From Eledone cirrhosa (lineage: Eukaryota): DNA of 64,000 nt. This document shows, piece by piece, positions 62,401 through 64,000 of this stretch (position 1 is the first letter of the stretch; each line of letters starts with the position of its first letter). Made by a program: the position numbers and the translations under genes. The notes under the pieces were generated by a model. That model worked only from the letters and a program-made list of their open reading frames with translations. It did not search any database and was not told the DNA's origin. The stretch spans positions 137,826,001 through 137,890,000 of the forward strand of contig OZ024740.1 in assembly GCA_964016885.1 (NCBI GenBank). The letters run 5' to 3'.

Positions 62401-64000
62401 AATCTACAATCTTCTCTTTCTGTTCTCAGTTTACCCCCAATCTCCAATTCTCTCTTTCTCTCATCCCTTTTCTCTCAATCTCCAATTCGCTCTTTCTCTT
62501 ATCACTTTTCTCTCAATCTCCAATTCTCTCTTTCTCTTATCACTTTTCTCTCAATATCCAATTCTCTCTTTCTCTTATCACTTTTCCCCCAATCTCCAAT
62601 TCTCTCTTTCTCTTATCACTTTTCCCCCAATCTCCAATTCTCTCTTTCTCTTCTCACTTTTCCCCCAATCTCCAATTCTCTCTTTCTCTCATCAATTTTC
62701 TCTCAATCTCCAATTCTCTCTTTCTCTTATCACTTTTCCCCCATCTCCAATTCTCTCTTTCTCTTATCACTTTTCTCTCAATCTCCAATTCTCTCTTTCT
62801 CTTATCACTTTTCTCTCAATCTCCAATTCTCTCTTTCTCAAATCACTTTTCTCTCAATCTCCTATTCTCTCTTTCTCTTATCACTTTTCACTCAATCTCC
62901 CATTCCCTCTTTCTCTTATCACTTTTCTCTCAATCTCTAATTCTCTCTTTCTCTTATCACTTTTCTCTCAATCTCCAATTCTCTCTTTCTCTTATCACTT
63001 TTCTCTGAATCTCCAATTCTCTCTTTATCTTCTCACTTTTCTCTCAATCTACAATCTTCTCTTTCTGTTCTCAGTTTACCCCCAATCTCCAATTCTCTCT
63101 TTCTCTTATCACTTTTCTCTCAATCTCCAATTCTCTCTTTCTCTTATCACTTTTCTCTCAATCTCCAATTCTCTCTTTCTCTTCTCACTTTTCCCCCAAT
63201 CTCCAATTCTCTCTTTCTCTCATCAATTTTCTCTCAATCTCCAATTCTCTCTTTCTCTTATCACTTTTCCCCCATCTCCAATTCTCTCTTTCTCTTATCA
63301 CTTTTCTCTCAATCTCCAATTCTCTCTTTCTCTTATCACTTTTCTCTCAATCTCCAATTCTCTCTTTCTCAAATCACTTTTCTCTCAATCTCCAATTCTC
63401 TCTTTCTCAAATCACTTTTCTCTCAATCTCCTATTCTCTCTTTCTCTTATCACTTTTCTCTCAATCTCCAATTCTCTATTTCTCTTATCACTTTTCCCCC
63501 AATCTCCAATTCTCTCTTTCTCTTATCACTTTTCTTTCAATCTCCAATTCTCTCTTTCTCTTATCACTTTTCTCTCAATCTCCAATTCTCTCTTTCTCCT
63601 CTCACTTTTGCCCCAATCTCCAATTCTCTCTCTTTCTCTTATCAGTTTTCTCTCAATCTCCAATTATCTCTTACTCTTATCACTTTTCTCTCAATCTACA
63701 ATTCTCTATTTCTCTTATCACTTTTACCCCAATCTCCAATTCTCTCTTTCTCTTATCACTTTTCTCTCAATCTCCAATTCTCTCTTTCTCCTCTCACTTT
63801 TGCCCCAATCTCCAATTCTCTCTCTTTCTCTTATCAGTTTTCTCTCAATCTCCAATTATCTCTTACTCTTATCACTTTTCTCTCAATCTACAATTCTCTA
63901 TTTCTCTTATCACTTTTACCCCAATCTCCAATTCTCTCTTTCTCATATCACTTTTCTCTCAATCTCCAATTCTCTCTTTCTCTTATCACTTTTCTCTCAA

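Larger units (their letters stand above)
1..64000. repeat. Satellite DNA: head-to-tail tandem array of a 38-bp monomer (consensus CAATCTCCAATTCTCTCTTTCTCTTATCACTTTTCTCT; subtype ending TTTTCCCC), ~1,680 copies, running off both window ends
   Basis: TCCAATT recurs at 121 and 159 (38 bp apart), and the same period holds on every line to 64000. All monomers have one orientation and no unique spacer sequence was seen. The ORF translations cycle a 38-aa unit (QSPILSFSYHFSLNLQFSLSLITFLSISNSLFLLSLFS), equal to three 38-bp monomers. Confidence 0.99.
49650..64000. repeat. Domain 4: higher-order repeat with a 7492-bp period, made of ~4030-bp and 3462-bp sub-blocks
   Basis: AATGTCC ATG at 52134/59626, ORFs 53026/60518, CTGTAATC at 54321/61813 and TTGCCCC at 56116/63608 are all offset 7492. 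Sub-offsets are 50294/54321 (4027), 53026/57056 (4030) and 57056/60518 (3462). Confidence 0.92.

Noticed and set aside
1-64000. CRISPR array (38 bp is within the CRISPR repeat size range)
   Set aside because: Monomers abut directly with no unique spacers, and there is no leader, palindrome or cas gene.
1-64000. Stable H-DNA, G-quadruplex/i-motif or cruciform structures
   Set aside because: Pure pyrimidine tracts are only ~15 and ~10 nt and the best mirror repeat is 11 nt (TCTCTTTCTCT). G5 runs on the - strand are at least 33 nt apart, and a strand lacking G has almost no inverted-repeat potential. Not excluded experimentally, but not supported.
1-64000. Transposon, tRNA/rRNA gene, exon or inversion embedded in the array
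   Set aside because: No stretch departs from the monomer by more than one variant unit and no purine-rich (inverted) segment appears on the + strand. AG/GT dinucleotides occur only as monomer variants.
1-64000. Simple (CT)n microsatellite or a sequencing/rolling-circle artefact
   Set aside because: The unit is a defined 38-mer, and specific variant strings are reproduced faithfully in ordered blocks kilobases apart, which random error would not do. Individual near-identical duplications could still be assembly errors.

Overview
The whole 64-kb window is one uninterrupted head-to-tail tandem array of a 38-bp monomer, about 1,680 copies by 64000/38. The + strand consensus is CAATCTCCAATTCTCTCTTTCTCTTATCACTTTTCTCT, and a common subtype ends ...TTTTCCCC. 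The consensus has 19 T, 13 C, 6 A and no G, so the strands are strongly pyrimidine/purine asymmetric. I found no credible gene, RNA gene, mobile element, inversion or CRISPR array. All supplied ORFs are artefacts: the + strand consensus has no stop codon in any frame, and three monomers give a 38-aa S/L/F-rich cycle. The real structure is in the variant monomers, which act as barcodes. They show nested near-identical duplications with no fixed higher-order period (192, 417, 645, 1258, 1563, 1830, 2358, 3956, 4027, 4406, 4468, 5099, ~6700 and 7492 bp, plus a ~43-kb relationship). These fall into about four variant domains, with blocks apparently copied between distant parts of the array. This looks like eukaryotic satellite DNA (centromeric, pericentromeric or subtelomeric), but neither the organism nor the function can be determined from the sequence alone. 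Offsets come from identical ORF translations and marker motifs read by eye, so block boundaries are approximate.
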